From Patescibacteria group bacterium (GTDB lineage: Bacteria; Patescibacteriota; Minisyncoccia; Phycocordibacterales; DATDWN01), in assembly GCA_040384485.1 (NCBI GenBank), contig JAZKJH010000001.1, forward strand, positions 1-50,756: DNA of 50,756 nucleotides. Direction: 5' to 3'. Shown in pieces: positions 7,793-16,333 of the stretch (position 1 is the first letter of the stretch; each line of letters opens with the position of its first letter). The translations under genes and the position numbers were made by a program. Under the pieces are notes generated by a model. It was given only the letters and a program-made list of their open reading frames with translations, searched no databases and had not been told where the DNA came from.

Positions 7793-8911
7793 GTGGCAAA
7801 ATACAACAAAATACAAAAGATAGTATCAACAAGTCCAATAATGAAATGGTTTGAAAGAAATGAACGCAGAGTTTCCACCTTTTTCTTGCTTACCGGTTTT
7901 GTGGTGGATTCTTTTACCTTGAAAAGGGTAGACTCATTGTTTGAAAATCTTTGGACTGTAGGTCTTATACTCGGAGCTTCAGTCTGTATGGTGCTGATGC
8001 ACCACCTTGAGAGACACACTGGGGACGAAAATGACCCGACTAAGCTCCGGTTTTGGTTGGTAAACATGCTTCAGTTTTTCTTCGGAGGATTATTGTCTGT
8101 TTTTCTTATTTTCTATTTTCGAAGTAGTGACTTTTTTGTGAGCTGGCCATTCTTTTTGATTTTGGCTGTTGCAATAATCGCAAACGAGAGATTGAAAGGA
8201 CACTACGTTCGTTTAACTTTTCAGATGTCACTTTTGTTCTTAGTAACTTTTTGTTCAGCCATATTTTTGATACCGGTTTTAACTCACAAGATAGGTGTTG
8301 AGACTTTTGTATTGGCAGGATTATTAAGTATTATTTTTATTTGGATACTAATCAAGATAATCGCAAGGATGAATCCAAAAGATTATGCTAGAAGTAAAAA
8401 TATGCTCATCGTTTCTGTGGGCGGCATTTTTATTATTATGAATTTTTTGTATTTCAATAACTGGATGCCGCCGATACCGCTGTCTTTAAAAGATTCTGGA
8501 GTGTATTACGACATACAAAAGCAAGGTAATGGACAGTATATAGGAAGGTACGAAAAGACAGACTGGAAAGCTTACTTTGTTTTGTATGACAATTTCAGAA
8601 TAAACTCTGGCGAAAGTGTTTATGTATATAGTGCAGTGTTTTCTCCAACAGACCTCAATACAACAGTAAAGCATGTTTGGCAGTATTACGACCCAGGTTC
8701 CAAGGATTGGGTAAATTACAGCACAATTGAGCTACCTTTAGTTGGGGGCAGAAGTGGGGGGTTCCGAACGTATTCAGTCAATTCTAATCTAATGCTTGGA
8801 AAATGGAGGGTAAATGTAGAAAACATAAGAGGGCAAGTGGTAGGGAGAATTCGTTTCAATGTCGTGCAGACCACCAGCTTTATTCCAACAGAAACAAAAA
8901 TACTTGAATAA
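7793..8911 (+). CDS. Multi-pass membrane protein with C-terminal DUF2914-like domain
   Basis: About 7 TM helices, then VYVYSAVFSP..VKHVWQ..GGRSGGFRTYS..GKWRVNVE. Confidence 0.8.
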   Translation: MAKYNKIQKIVSTSPIMKWFERNERRVSTFFLLTGFVVDSFTLKRVDSLFENLWTVGLILGASVCMVLMHHLERHTGDENDPTKLRFWLVNMLQFFFGGLLSVFLIFYFRSSDFFVSWPFFLILAVAIIANERLKGHYVRLTFQMSLLFLVTFCSAIFLIPVLTHKIGVETFVLAGLLSIIFIWILIKIIARMNPKDYARSKNMLIVSVGGIFIIMNFLYFNNWMPPIPLSLKDSGVYYDIQKQGNGQYIGRYEKTDWKAYFVLYDNFRINSGESVYVYSAVFSPTDLNTTVKHVWQYYDPGSKDWVNYSTIELPLVGGRSGGFRTYSVNSNLMLGKWRVNVENIRGQVVGRIRFNVVQTTSFIPTETKILE

Positions 8912-9009
8912 AGTTGTACACATTTTTTTTGACTTACGTAGTTAATAATGTTATTTATATTTGGGGCAATACGAAGCATTGGGCTTCTAAACGTGTTCTT
9001 TGAGGTGTT

Positions 9010-9843
9010 ATGAAAAGATTGTTTTTGGCGCTCGTTCTCTCCGCTCTGGTCGTAGCCATTACGCAGGCTGCCAGTCTCACTTTCACTGTGACTCCGTCCA
9101 CTCCACTGGTTTTTGGAACCGGTGGAAACAATGTGGTTGGTGTCCTGCAAGACTCGGCACCCGGCTTTGCTTCAGGAAGCTTGGCTTCCAACGGCATCGC
9201 CAAAACCGACACGTATCTCACTCCCGAATCATTGTTCGGTGGGCGAGAAGTTTCGCTTGGCGAAGTTGCCGGCATGAGCTACTGGACCAAGAAGGGCACC
9301 ACTCATGCAGTTGATCTGCGGGATTGGTACATGGTGATCTACACCAAACCATACGTCGGTGACAAAAGTACACCGACCTGGTACGGCAGCCGTATTGGTG
9401 CCGAACCGTATTTTGCGTCAAGCATGAACGCTCCGGCAGGAATCTGGAACGAATGGTCCACCGAAGCCGATGAAAATCAGCTCAGGTTTTTCGAGTCTAC
9501 TCAGGGTGCACCGGGTGCCAACTTTGGTACCTACAATGACCCGAGTTGGTCGACGTTGCTGAGCGGTAATTCGCTTTCAGGACATGCGTATGCTGGGCAG
9601 AAGGTTTTATTCTTCTCCCTTCAGACCGCTAGCTCCTGGGCAGCCGGATTTACTGGCCAGCTGGACGGACTCCGTATTGAACTCACTGACGGCTCTGTAG
9701 CCAAGGTGAACTTCGAGGCGGTTAACGTCGCGACCGACGCCGGATCGTGCAAGAAAGATGGTTGGCAGACTTTGTTCCGTGCTAACGGAACCGGCTTCAA
9801 CAACCAGGGTGATTGCGTAAGTTACGTAAACACCGGGCGATAA
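9010..9843 (+). CDS. Secreted hypothetical protein with C-terminal CKKDGW...NQGDCVSY motif
   Basis: Signal peptide; GAGGTG SD at 9002-9007; GC-rich codons; terminator at 9851. Confidence 0.8.
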   Translation: MKRLFLALVLSALVVAITQAASLTFTVTPSTPLVFGTGGNNVVGVLQDSAPGFASGSLASNGIAKTDTYLTPESLFGGREVSLGEVAGMSYWTKKGTTHAVDLRDWYMVIYTKPYVGDKSTPTWYGSRIGAEPYFASSMNAPAGIWNEWSTEADENQLRFFESTQGAPGANFGTYNDPSWSTLLSGNSLSGHAYAGQKVLFFSLQTASSWAAGFTGQLDGLRIELTDGSVAKVNFEAVNVATDAGSCKKDGWQTLFRANGTGFNNQGDCVSYVNTGR

Positions 9844-9850
9844 CATCTAC

Positions 9851-9890
9851 AGTACCTATCAACTTTTCGAAGTTGGTAGGTACTTTTTTT
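9851..9890 (+). terminator. Intrinsic terminator
   Basis: AGTACCTATCAACTT-TTCG-AAGTTGGTAGGTACT plus T run. Confidence 0.9.
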
Positions 9891-9929
9891 AATCTAGACT
9901 TTTTGTTTCTTGTGGTAGATAATATCTGA

Positions 9930-10604
9930 ATGCTAAAAAATATATTTTATAGTGTGTTAATAATTGCAGCAGTTTGTGTGGGAGGTTATTATTTTTTTAC
10001 TTCACCAAAAGAGGATTTAAATATAGAAAATTTGGGTATTGATAATTATGGATACAATAACGCTAGCACGACAGGAGAGTTCGGGGAGATTGTTACTCCT
10101 GCAGAAGAAGAGGTAGTTAATACTAATAATAAAAAATCAAACATGATCACAATAGAGACAAATCACGGAAAAATAGTTATTGAAACCTATAACTCTGATG
10201 CTCCGAACACAGTTAATAACTTTATTACTCTAGCCAACAAAGGGTATTACAACGGACTTACATTCCATAGAGTTATAAAGGGGTTCATGATCCAAGGTGG
10301 AGATCCAAATGGTAATGGTACTGGTGGACCAGGGTATCAGTTTGCTGACGAGCTCAATCCAAGCACTACTAGCTATAAAGCTGGATACAAACAGGGTGTT
10401 GTAGCGATGGCAAATGCAGGTCCGAACACAAACGGCAGTCAGTTTTTCATAATGCACCAGGACTATCCTTTACCTAACAACTACACTATATTTGGTAAAG
10501 TTGTTTCAGGTCAGGAGGTGGTGGACAAGATAGCGAACGTTCAGGTGGGAGCAAACGACAAGCCAGTGACTCCAGTTATAATGAAAACTGTTTCAGTCGA
10601 ATAG
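9930..10604 (+). CDS. Cyclophilin-type peptidyl-prolyl isomerase, membrane-anchored
   Basis: FHRVIKGFMIQGGDPNGNGTGGPGY, AMANAGPNTNGSQFFI, YTIFGKV. Confidence 0.95.
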   Translation: MLKNIFYSVLIIAAVCVGGYYFFTSPKEDLNIENLGIDNYGYNNASTTGEFGEIVTPAEEEVVNTNNKKSNMITIETNHGKIVIETYNSDAPNTVNNFITLANKGYYNGLTFHRVIKGFMIQGGDPNGNGTGGPGYQFADELNPSTTSYKAGYKQGVVAMANAGPNTNGSQFFIMHQDYPLPNNYTIFGKVVSGQEVVDKIANVQVGANDKPVTPVIMKTVSVE

Positions 10605-10611
10605 AAGTTAA

Positions 10612-10642
10612 AAAGCGCACTAGATACAATCTAGTGCGCTTT
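10612..10642. terminator. Bidirectional terminator between convergent genes
   Basis: AAAGCGCACTAGA/TCTAGTGCGCTTT 13-bp stem. Confidence 0.8.
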
Positions 10643-10645
10643 AAG

Positions 10646-10846
10646 TTAGGGGTTATGAGTGCAATCAAAGCAATTCTCCTCGCCCTGGTATTCCTCCACT
10701 TTGTCGATGTACACAAACCCCCACAAAAGTCCGGTTTCCTCCTTTTTGAACCTTTTTAAGAAGTGCCTCCGACAAGTTACTTCCAGGTTTACTCCTATGG
10801 TTAGGCGTATCTTTTGAGGTGGATTATCCAAATCTATGGCTATCAT
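10646..10846 (-). CDS. Small hypothetical protein (66 aa), possibly Zn-binding
   Basis: Upstream TATAAT and GGAAGG; CRRH...CFDC; ends at a shared terminator. Confidence 0.55.
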   Translation of the reverse strand: MIAIDLDNPPQKIRLTIGVNLEVTCRRHFLKRFKKEETGLLWGFVYIDKVEEYQGEENCFDCTHNP

Positions 10847-10933
10847 TGGGTGTTTTCCTTCCGGAGCTGATTATAGAGTTATTTTAGCTAAGGTCAAATG
10901 ACCCCTAATCCACATTTAATCCACACTTAATAC

Positions 10934-10963
10934 TTGACTTTTCGGATTAAAGGGTGATATAAT
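10934..10963 (+). promoter_or_regulatory. Sigma70-type promoter of the RRM gene
   Basis: TTGACT (10934-10939), 18-nt spacer, TG-A-TATAAT (10958-10963). Confidence 0.7.
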
Positions 10964-11067
10964 ATACCCAATGTAAGTTATCTCGTAGGTTTTCTTTCGT
11001 AAAGTTTGAAAAAGAAGAGAAGCTAGTCGCCTTACAGTTTTAAAATAAAGACTAGGTTTAAAGTACA

Positions 11068-11382
11068 ATGGCAAAGAAGCTATACGTTGGAGGTATTTCA
11101 TACTCTACTCCTGAGAGTGGATTGAGAGATGCATTCGCACAAGTTGGTGAAGTTCTTTCAGCAACTATTATCATGGACAAAATGACAGGCCGATCAAAAG
11201 GATTCGGTTTCGTTGAAATGGCTAATGATGCAGAAGCAGATGCAGCTATCGAAAAATGGAATGGCCAGGAACTAGACGGACGAAAGCTTACAGTAAATGA
11301 AGCACGACCTATGGAACCAAGAGCTCCTAGAACAGGTGGAGGTAACTTTGGAGGAAACGACAGAGGAGGCCGAACTTGGTAG
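11068..11382 (+). CDS. RRM-domain RNA-binding protein (Rbp-like) with Gly-rich tail
   Basis: RNP2 KLYVGGI, RNP1 SKGFGFVEM, GRKLTVNEARP. Confidence 0.95.
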   Translation: MAKKLYVGGISYSTPESGLRDAFAQVGEVLSATIIMDKMTGRSKGFGFVEMANDAEADAAIEKWNGQELDGRKLTVNEARPMEPRAPRTGGGNFGGNDRGGRTW

Positions 11383-11457
11383 TCAGCTTGGACAGTCTTA
11401 CGATTGTTTAAAACAAAAAACCGCTTATGGCGGTTTTTTGTATGTTAGAATATATGA

Positions 11458-11904
11458 ATGATAAAAGCTAAAACCTTACTATTTTTAATTTTTCTGGCGG
11501 TAATTGCTCTGGTGCTGTCTAGTCTTTTGTTGAAAATCGAGTACAAAGATGTGGTTATTGTTGGAGGTAAGACATTCCTCGTAAAAACTGCCGATACGGA
11601 TGACGAACGGATGTTAGGATTGAGTGGTACAAAAAAGCTTTCCACACGAGAGGGTATGTTTTTTGTGTTTTCAAGGGACGCCCGACACAGCTTTTGGATG
11701 AAAGACATGTTGTTTTCAATAGATATTATTTGGATTGATAAAAATTTTGAAATAGTCCACATAGAAAGGGATGTAAACCCAGAAACTTTCCCAAAAGTAT
11801 TTGGGGGAGAAGTAGAATCAAGGTATGTTTTGGAGATTTTGTCTGGTCAGGCAGAGCAACTTAATTTAAAAATCGGAGACAGTGTCACATTTATAAAAAA
11901 ATAA
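11458..11904 (+). CDS. DUF192 family protein
   Basis: ADTDDERMLGLS, GMFFVF, FWMKDMLFSIDIIWI, YVLEI. Confidence 0.9.
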   Translation: MIKAKTLLFLIFLAVIALVLSSLLLKIEYKDVVIVGGKTFLVKTADTDDERMLGLSGTKKLSTREGMFFVFSRDARHSFWMKDMLFSIDIIWIDKNFEIVHIERDVNPETFPKVFGGEVESRYVLEILSGQAEQLNLKIGDSVTFIKK

Positions 11905-12088
11905 GCCAAACCAACCTTATTGTTAGTACTTTTTGAGAGCCATTCTTTACATTGACTCCAATCTATTTTGTGGGTAGCAAAACAAAAGTTATCCACTTTT
12001 TTTTGCCACTAAATAAGTTACAATTACATAACAAATTTCATTGTTTTTGTTTCTTTTTTATTAAAAATTTAAATTTTTTATCAAATCT

Positions 12089-14446
12089 ATGTCAAAAAAC
12101 GCCAAAAAAGTAGTAAAAGTAGCAAAAGTTACTAAAATAGTTGCAAAAGTTCCTACCAAGGCGGTCACTAAAACTCAGTTGATAAAAAATGTTGAAAAAA
12201 GAAACGGACAAGTAGCTCCTTTTGACATAGAAAGAGTTGCTGTAGCTATCCATAAAGCCATGATAGCTTCTAACGAAGGTTCTCGCGAGGAGGCAGAGAT
12301 GGTGGCTAACAAAGTTTTGGCTGATTTATTCAGAATTTCAAAAAAACACCCAAATTTTGTTCCTACTGTAGAGGGTATCCAGAACTCAGTTGAGAAAGAG
12401 CTTATGTTATCTGAGTACGTAGCTACCGCCAAGTCATATATTCTTTACCGAGACGAGAGAAACAAACTTAGATTCAAAGGAATAGAAGTGCCAGAGAAAG
12501 TTAAGAGACTAGCTGAGGACTCAAAAAAGTTTTTCAAGAATCCTTTGGGAGAATTTATCTACTACAGAACATATTCAAAATGGATTGGGGAGGAAAATAG
12601 AAGAGAGACATACATCGAAACGGTAGACCGATACATGGCATTCATGAAAGAGAACTTGGGGAGTAAACTAAAGGATGCTGAGTATAAAGAAGTAAGAGAG
12701 ACTATCCTAAACCAGGATGCGATGCCTTCCATGAGACTTTTGCAGTTTGCAGGACCTGCAGCAAGGACAACAAACGTGTGTGCATACAATTGTTCATTCA
12801 TTGCTCCAGAATCTTGGAAGGATTTTTCAGAGGTTATGTACATTTCGATGTGTGGTACTGGGGTAGGTTTTGCTGTTCAAAGTGAGAACGTTCAAAAGCT
12901 TCCACAAATAATGAAGCAGACCGGCAAGAAACTTCCAACTCATGTTATAGATGACAGTAAGGAGGGATGGTGTGATGCGCTGACTTTGGGCATGGAAACA
13001 TGGGCGGGGGGACAGGACATTGATTTTGATTTTTCTACACTTCGACCAGCAGGAGCGAGATTAAAAACTATGGGAGGTAAGTCATCAGGTCCTGAGCCAC
13101 TAAGACAACTACTTTCTTTTACAAGAACAAAAATGTTAGCTAGACAAGGAAGAAGACTAGAAAACATTGATGCGCACGACATACTTTGTAAAATAGGTGA
13201 GATAGTGGTTTCAGGAGGAGTTAGAAGAAGTGCCATGATCTCTCTTTCTGATTTGAACGACGATGATATCAGAGATGCTAAAGCTGGTCAGTTCTGGAAC
13301 ACAGAACCACAAAGAGCACTTGCTAACAACTCTGCAGTTTATGAGGTAAAGCCAACCAACACAGAATTCCTAGATGAGTGGATTTCTCTTATGAAGTCAG
13401 GTTCAGGAGAACGAGGTATTTTCAACAGAGAAGGATTGAAGTTTACCTTGCCAGAAAGAAGACTTGCTCAGTTCAAAGGCGGAGAAATGCCAAGTTGGGG
13501 AACAAACCCATGTGGAGAGATTATTCTTCAATCAAAACAATTCTGTAACTTGTCAGAAATAGTAGCTAGATCCCACGACACAGAAGCAAGCTTGATAAAG
13601 AAAATGAAAGTAGCGGCAATTCTTGGAACATACCAGGCAACACTCACTCATTTCCCATACCTGTCAAAGAAATGGCAAGAGAATTGTGAAGCAGAAAGAC
13701 TTTTGGGAGTTTCTATTACAGGACAATGGGATTGCCCAGTTGTACGAAAACCAGAAGTTCTAAGAAAACTTAAAGCTGAGGCAATAAAAATAAACAAAGA
13801 GTATGCAAAAAGATTTGGCATCGGTCAGTCAACATGTATTACTTGCGTTAAGCCTTCAGGAAACTTGTCACAAACAGTAGATTCTTCTTCTGGTATGCAC
13901 CCAAGACATTCTGCCTACTACATAAGACGAGTTCGAATCGCTTCAACGGACGCATTGTTCAAGATGCTAAAAGACCAAGGGGTACCTTTTCATCCAGAAG
14001 TTGGACAGACTATGGAGAATGCAACTACTTACGTATTGGATTTCCCAGTAGCGTCTCCAGACAAGTCTTTGTTTAAAGACGACCAGAATGCGATAGAACA
14101 GCTTGAATACTGGAAGGTGCTAAAAGAGAACTATACAGAGCACAACCCATCAACTACGATCTCTATAGGAGATGAAGAGTGGATAGATGTTGCCAACTGG
14201 ATTTACAAGAACTGGAATATTGTGGGTGGACTTGCTTTCCTTCCTCGCTCAAACCATATCTACCAACTTGCTCCATATGAATCAATAGATAAGAAGAGAT
14301 ATGAAGAGTTGATGAAGCGGTTTGAGCACATAGACTTCTCTAAGATAGTGACTTACGAGGCAACTGATGAGCTAAACCAAAAGGCGGAGTTGGCTTGTGT
14401 GGGAGGTGTTTGCTCTATAGACGACATACCTGTAGAAACTAAATAG
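12089..14446 (+). CDS. nrdJ: Class II (adenosylcobalamin-dependent) ribonucleotide reductase with N-terminal ATP cone
   Basis: ATP cone VEKRNGQVAPFD; YNCSF, GGVRRSA, TNPCGEI, FCNLSE, TCVKPSG; C-terminal CVGGVC; no adjacent beta-subunit gene. Confidence 0.82.
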   Translation: MSKNAKKVVKVAKVTKIVAKVPTKAVTKTQLIKNVEKRNGQVAPFDIERVAVAIHKAMIASNEGSREEAEMVANKVLADLFRISKKHPNFVPTVEGIQNSVEKELMLSEYVATAKSYILYRDERNKLRFKGIEVPEKVKRLAEDSKKFFKNPLGEFIYYRTYSKWIGEENRRETYIETVDRYMAFMKENLGSKLKDAEYKEVRETILNQDAMPSMRLLQFAGPAARTTNVCAYNCSFIAPESWKDFSEVMYISMCGTGVGFAVQSENVQKLPQIMKQTGKKLPTHVIDDSKEGWCDALTLGMETWAGGQDIDFDFSTLRPAGARLKTMGGKSSGPEPLRQLLSFTRTKMLARQGRRLENIDAHDILCKIGEIVVSGGVRRSAMISLSDLNDDDIRDAKAGQFWNTEPQRALANNSAVYEVKPTNTEFLDEWISLMKSGSGERGIFNREGLKFTLPERRLAQFKGGEMPSWGTNPCGEIILQSKQFCNLSEIVARSHDTEASLIKKMKVAAILGTYQATLTHFPYLSKKWQENCEAERLLGVSITGQWDCPVVRKPEVLRKLKAEAIKINKEYAKRFGIGQSTCITCVKPSGNLSQTVDSSSGMHPRHSAYYIRRVRIASTDALFKMLKDQGVPFHPEVGQTMENATTYVLDFPVASPDKSLFKDDQNAIEQLEYWKVLKENYTEHNPSTTISIGDEEWIDVANWIYKNWNIVGGLAFLPRSNHIYQLAPYESIDKKRYEELMKRFEHIDFSKIVTYEATDELNQKAELACVGGVCSIDDIPVETK

Positions 14447-14660
14447 TTTTACACAAAAGGTCCCCCAACACGGGGGATTTTTTGTTATAATAAATAGGTT
14501 GTTATGGTTAAAAACTTTTATTCCCCAAAGTCTTTTTAGACCCACATAAATCGCTGGGGCGATTTTGTTCTGTCTCGCGCCGTCGCGCTGCGAATGTTCT
14601 AAAAACACTTCGGCTCAACAAGTTTTTTACAAAAAATTATTTATTAATGAAAATTAAAAT

Positions 14661-15686
14661 ATGAAAATCAGAGTAGCTATAAACGGAGGGGGAAGAATAG
14701 GCCGGGCATTTTTAAGAATCGCTAATAAACGTGATGATGTAGAGGTGGTTGCTATAAACGACCTTGGAAACATCGACAACATCGCTTATCTTATTAAATA
14801 CGACACAGCTTACGGTAGAGAGTTCAAAGAAGTAAAAGTTTCAGAAGATAAAAAACATATCAAAGTAGATGGAAACGATATTGTTTTTCTAAGTGAAAAA
14901 GAACCAAGTAATCTTCCATGGAAGGATTTGAATATTGATGTAGTTGTGGAGTCTACAGGTTTTTTCACTTCATACGAAAAAGCTCGAGCTCATGTAACCG
15001 CGGGAGCCAAGAAAGTTGTTATCACTGCTCCTGCAAAAGACAACGCGAGTGCGGCAGATGAAGGAACTATACTTATGGGTGTGAACTGCGATACTTTGAA
15101 TGAGAAAGTTGTCACTTCAAATGCCAGCTGTACAACAAATGCTGGAAGTCCTGTTCTAGCTATTTTGGATAAAGCACTGGGTATAGAAAAAGCAGTTCTA
15201 AACACTGTGCACGGATATACAGCAAGTCAGGGTCTAGTAGATGGTCCCAACGCAAAAGATTTTAAAGAAGGAAGAGCTGCTGCACAGAACATTGTTCCTA
15301 CTTCAACAGGAGCTGCAAAAGCAGTAACAAAAGTTATGACTCATCTGGAAGGTAAGTTTGATGGTATTGCTATTCGTGTGCCAGTTGTAGCGGGTTCAAT
15401 AGTAGATATCACTTTTATATCAAAGAAAAACACTACAGTTGAGGAAGTAAATCAAATTTTGAAAGAGGCAGCGGGAGATAAACACTGGGCTAAAATATTT
15501 TCTGTTACAGAGGACCCAATAGTCTCATCTGACATTCTAGGGAGTGAGTTCGCATCCATTGCTGACTTGGGGCTTACTCGAGTTATTGATGGCAATTTGG
15601 TAAAGGTTATGGCTTGGTATGATAATGAAATGGGGTATACGTATTCGTTGATGGAACATGTAGTTAAAACAGCTAGTTTTATTTAA
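14661..15686 (+). CDS. gap: Type I glyceraldehyde-3-phosphate dehydrogenase
   Basis: VAINGGGRIGR, SNASCTTN, WYDNEMGY. Confidence 0.97.
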   Translation: MKIRVAINGGGRIGRAFLRIANKRDDVEVVAINDLGNIDNIAYLIKYDTAYGREFKEVKVSEDKKHIKVDGNDIVFLSEKEPSNLPWKDLNIDVVVESTGFFTSYEKARAHVTAGAKKVVITAPAKDNASAADEGTILMGVNCDTLNEKVVTSNASCTTNAGSPVLAILDKALGIEKAVLNTVHGYTASQGLVDGPNAKDFKEGRAAAQNIVPTSTGAAKAVTKVMTHLEGKFDGIAIRVPVVAGSIVDITFISKKNTTVEEVNQILKEAAGDKHWAKIFSVTEDPIVSSDILGSEFASIADLGLTRVIDGNLVKVMAWYDNEMGYTYSLMEHVVKTASFI

Positions 15687-15687
15687 T

Positions 15688-15864
15688 ATGTCTACAAAAA
15701 GTAAAATTTTATTGTTTGTTCTATCGTTGCTGATAGTTAGTATCTTTATTCCAATTATCCCGACTTTTAAAGAAGTTTGTTATAACGGTGGTGTTGTGTA
15801 TAACCCTGCTGGATGTCCTTCATCTGGGTATGAAATTAATTTTAAAAAATTATTTTCAATATAA
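15688..15864 (+). CDS. Small membrane protein (58 aa; below track cutoff)
   Basis: MSTKSKILLFVLSLLIVSIFIPIIPTFKEVCYNGGVVYNPAGCPSSGYEINFKKLFSI*; fills the gap-rpiB interval, starting 1 nt after the gap stop. Confidence 0.6.
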   Translation: MSTKSKILLFVLSLLIVSIFIPIIPTFKEVCYNGGVVYNPAGCPSSGYEINFKKLFSI

Positions 15865-15880
15865 TCTCTATTAGCAAATT

Positions 15881-16330
15881 ATGAAAATATTTTTAGCCAG
15901 TGATCATGCAGGGTTTCAACTCAAAAATGAGATAAAAGAATATCTTATTTCTTTGGAGCACTCTGTAACTGATTTTGGTCCAAAGGAATATGATCATGAT
16001 GATGACTATCCAGATTATATTTCACTCGTTGCTAGTGAAATATCCAAATCAAACCATGCCCTAGGTATTGTTTTTGGTTGGTCTGGACAAGGAGAGGCTA
16101 TGGTAGCCAACAGATTTAAAAATGTGAGGTGTGCACTATACTACGGGGGCAACAAACACATACTTACTCTTTCTCGTGAACACAATAATGCAAACGTTCT
16201 TTCTGTTGGGTCGCATTTTGTGACGACCCAAGAAGCAAAGGAAGCCGTCAGTTTGTGGCTCGGAACAAAATTTAGTGAGGAAGAAAGACACACGAGAAGA
16301 ATTAAAAAGATCGATAACCTAAACAACTAG
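15881..16330 (+). CDS. rpiB: Ribose-5-phosphate isomerase B
   Basis: IFLASDHAGFQLK, DDDYPDY, SREHNNANVL. Confidence 0.93.
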   Translation: MKIFLASDHAGFQLKNEIKEYLISLEHSVTDFGPKEYDHDDDYPDYISLVASEISKSNHALGIVFGWSGQGEAMVANRFKNVRCALYYGGNKHILTLSREHNNANVLSVGSHFVTTQEAKEAVSLWLGTKFSEEERHTRRIKKIDNLNN

Positions 16331-16333
16331 ATA

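Noticed and set aside
2292-9900. Genomic island integrated at tRNA-Ser
   Set aside because: I found no duplicate of the tRNA 3' end and no integrase; the accessory genes are interleaved with host-like genes.
11905-12088. Cobalamin riboswitch before nrdJ
   Set aside because: The region is AT-rich with no B12-box or conserved core.
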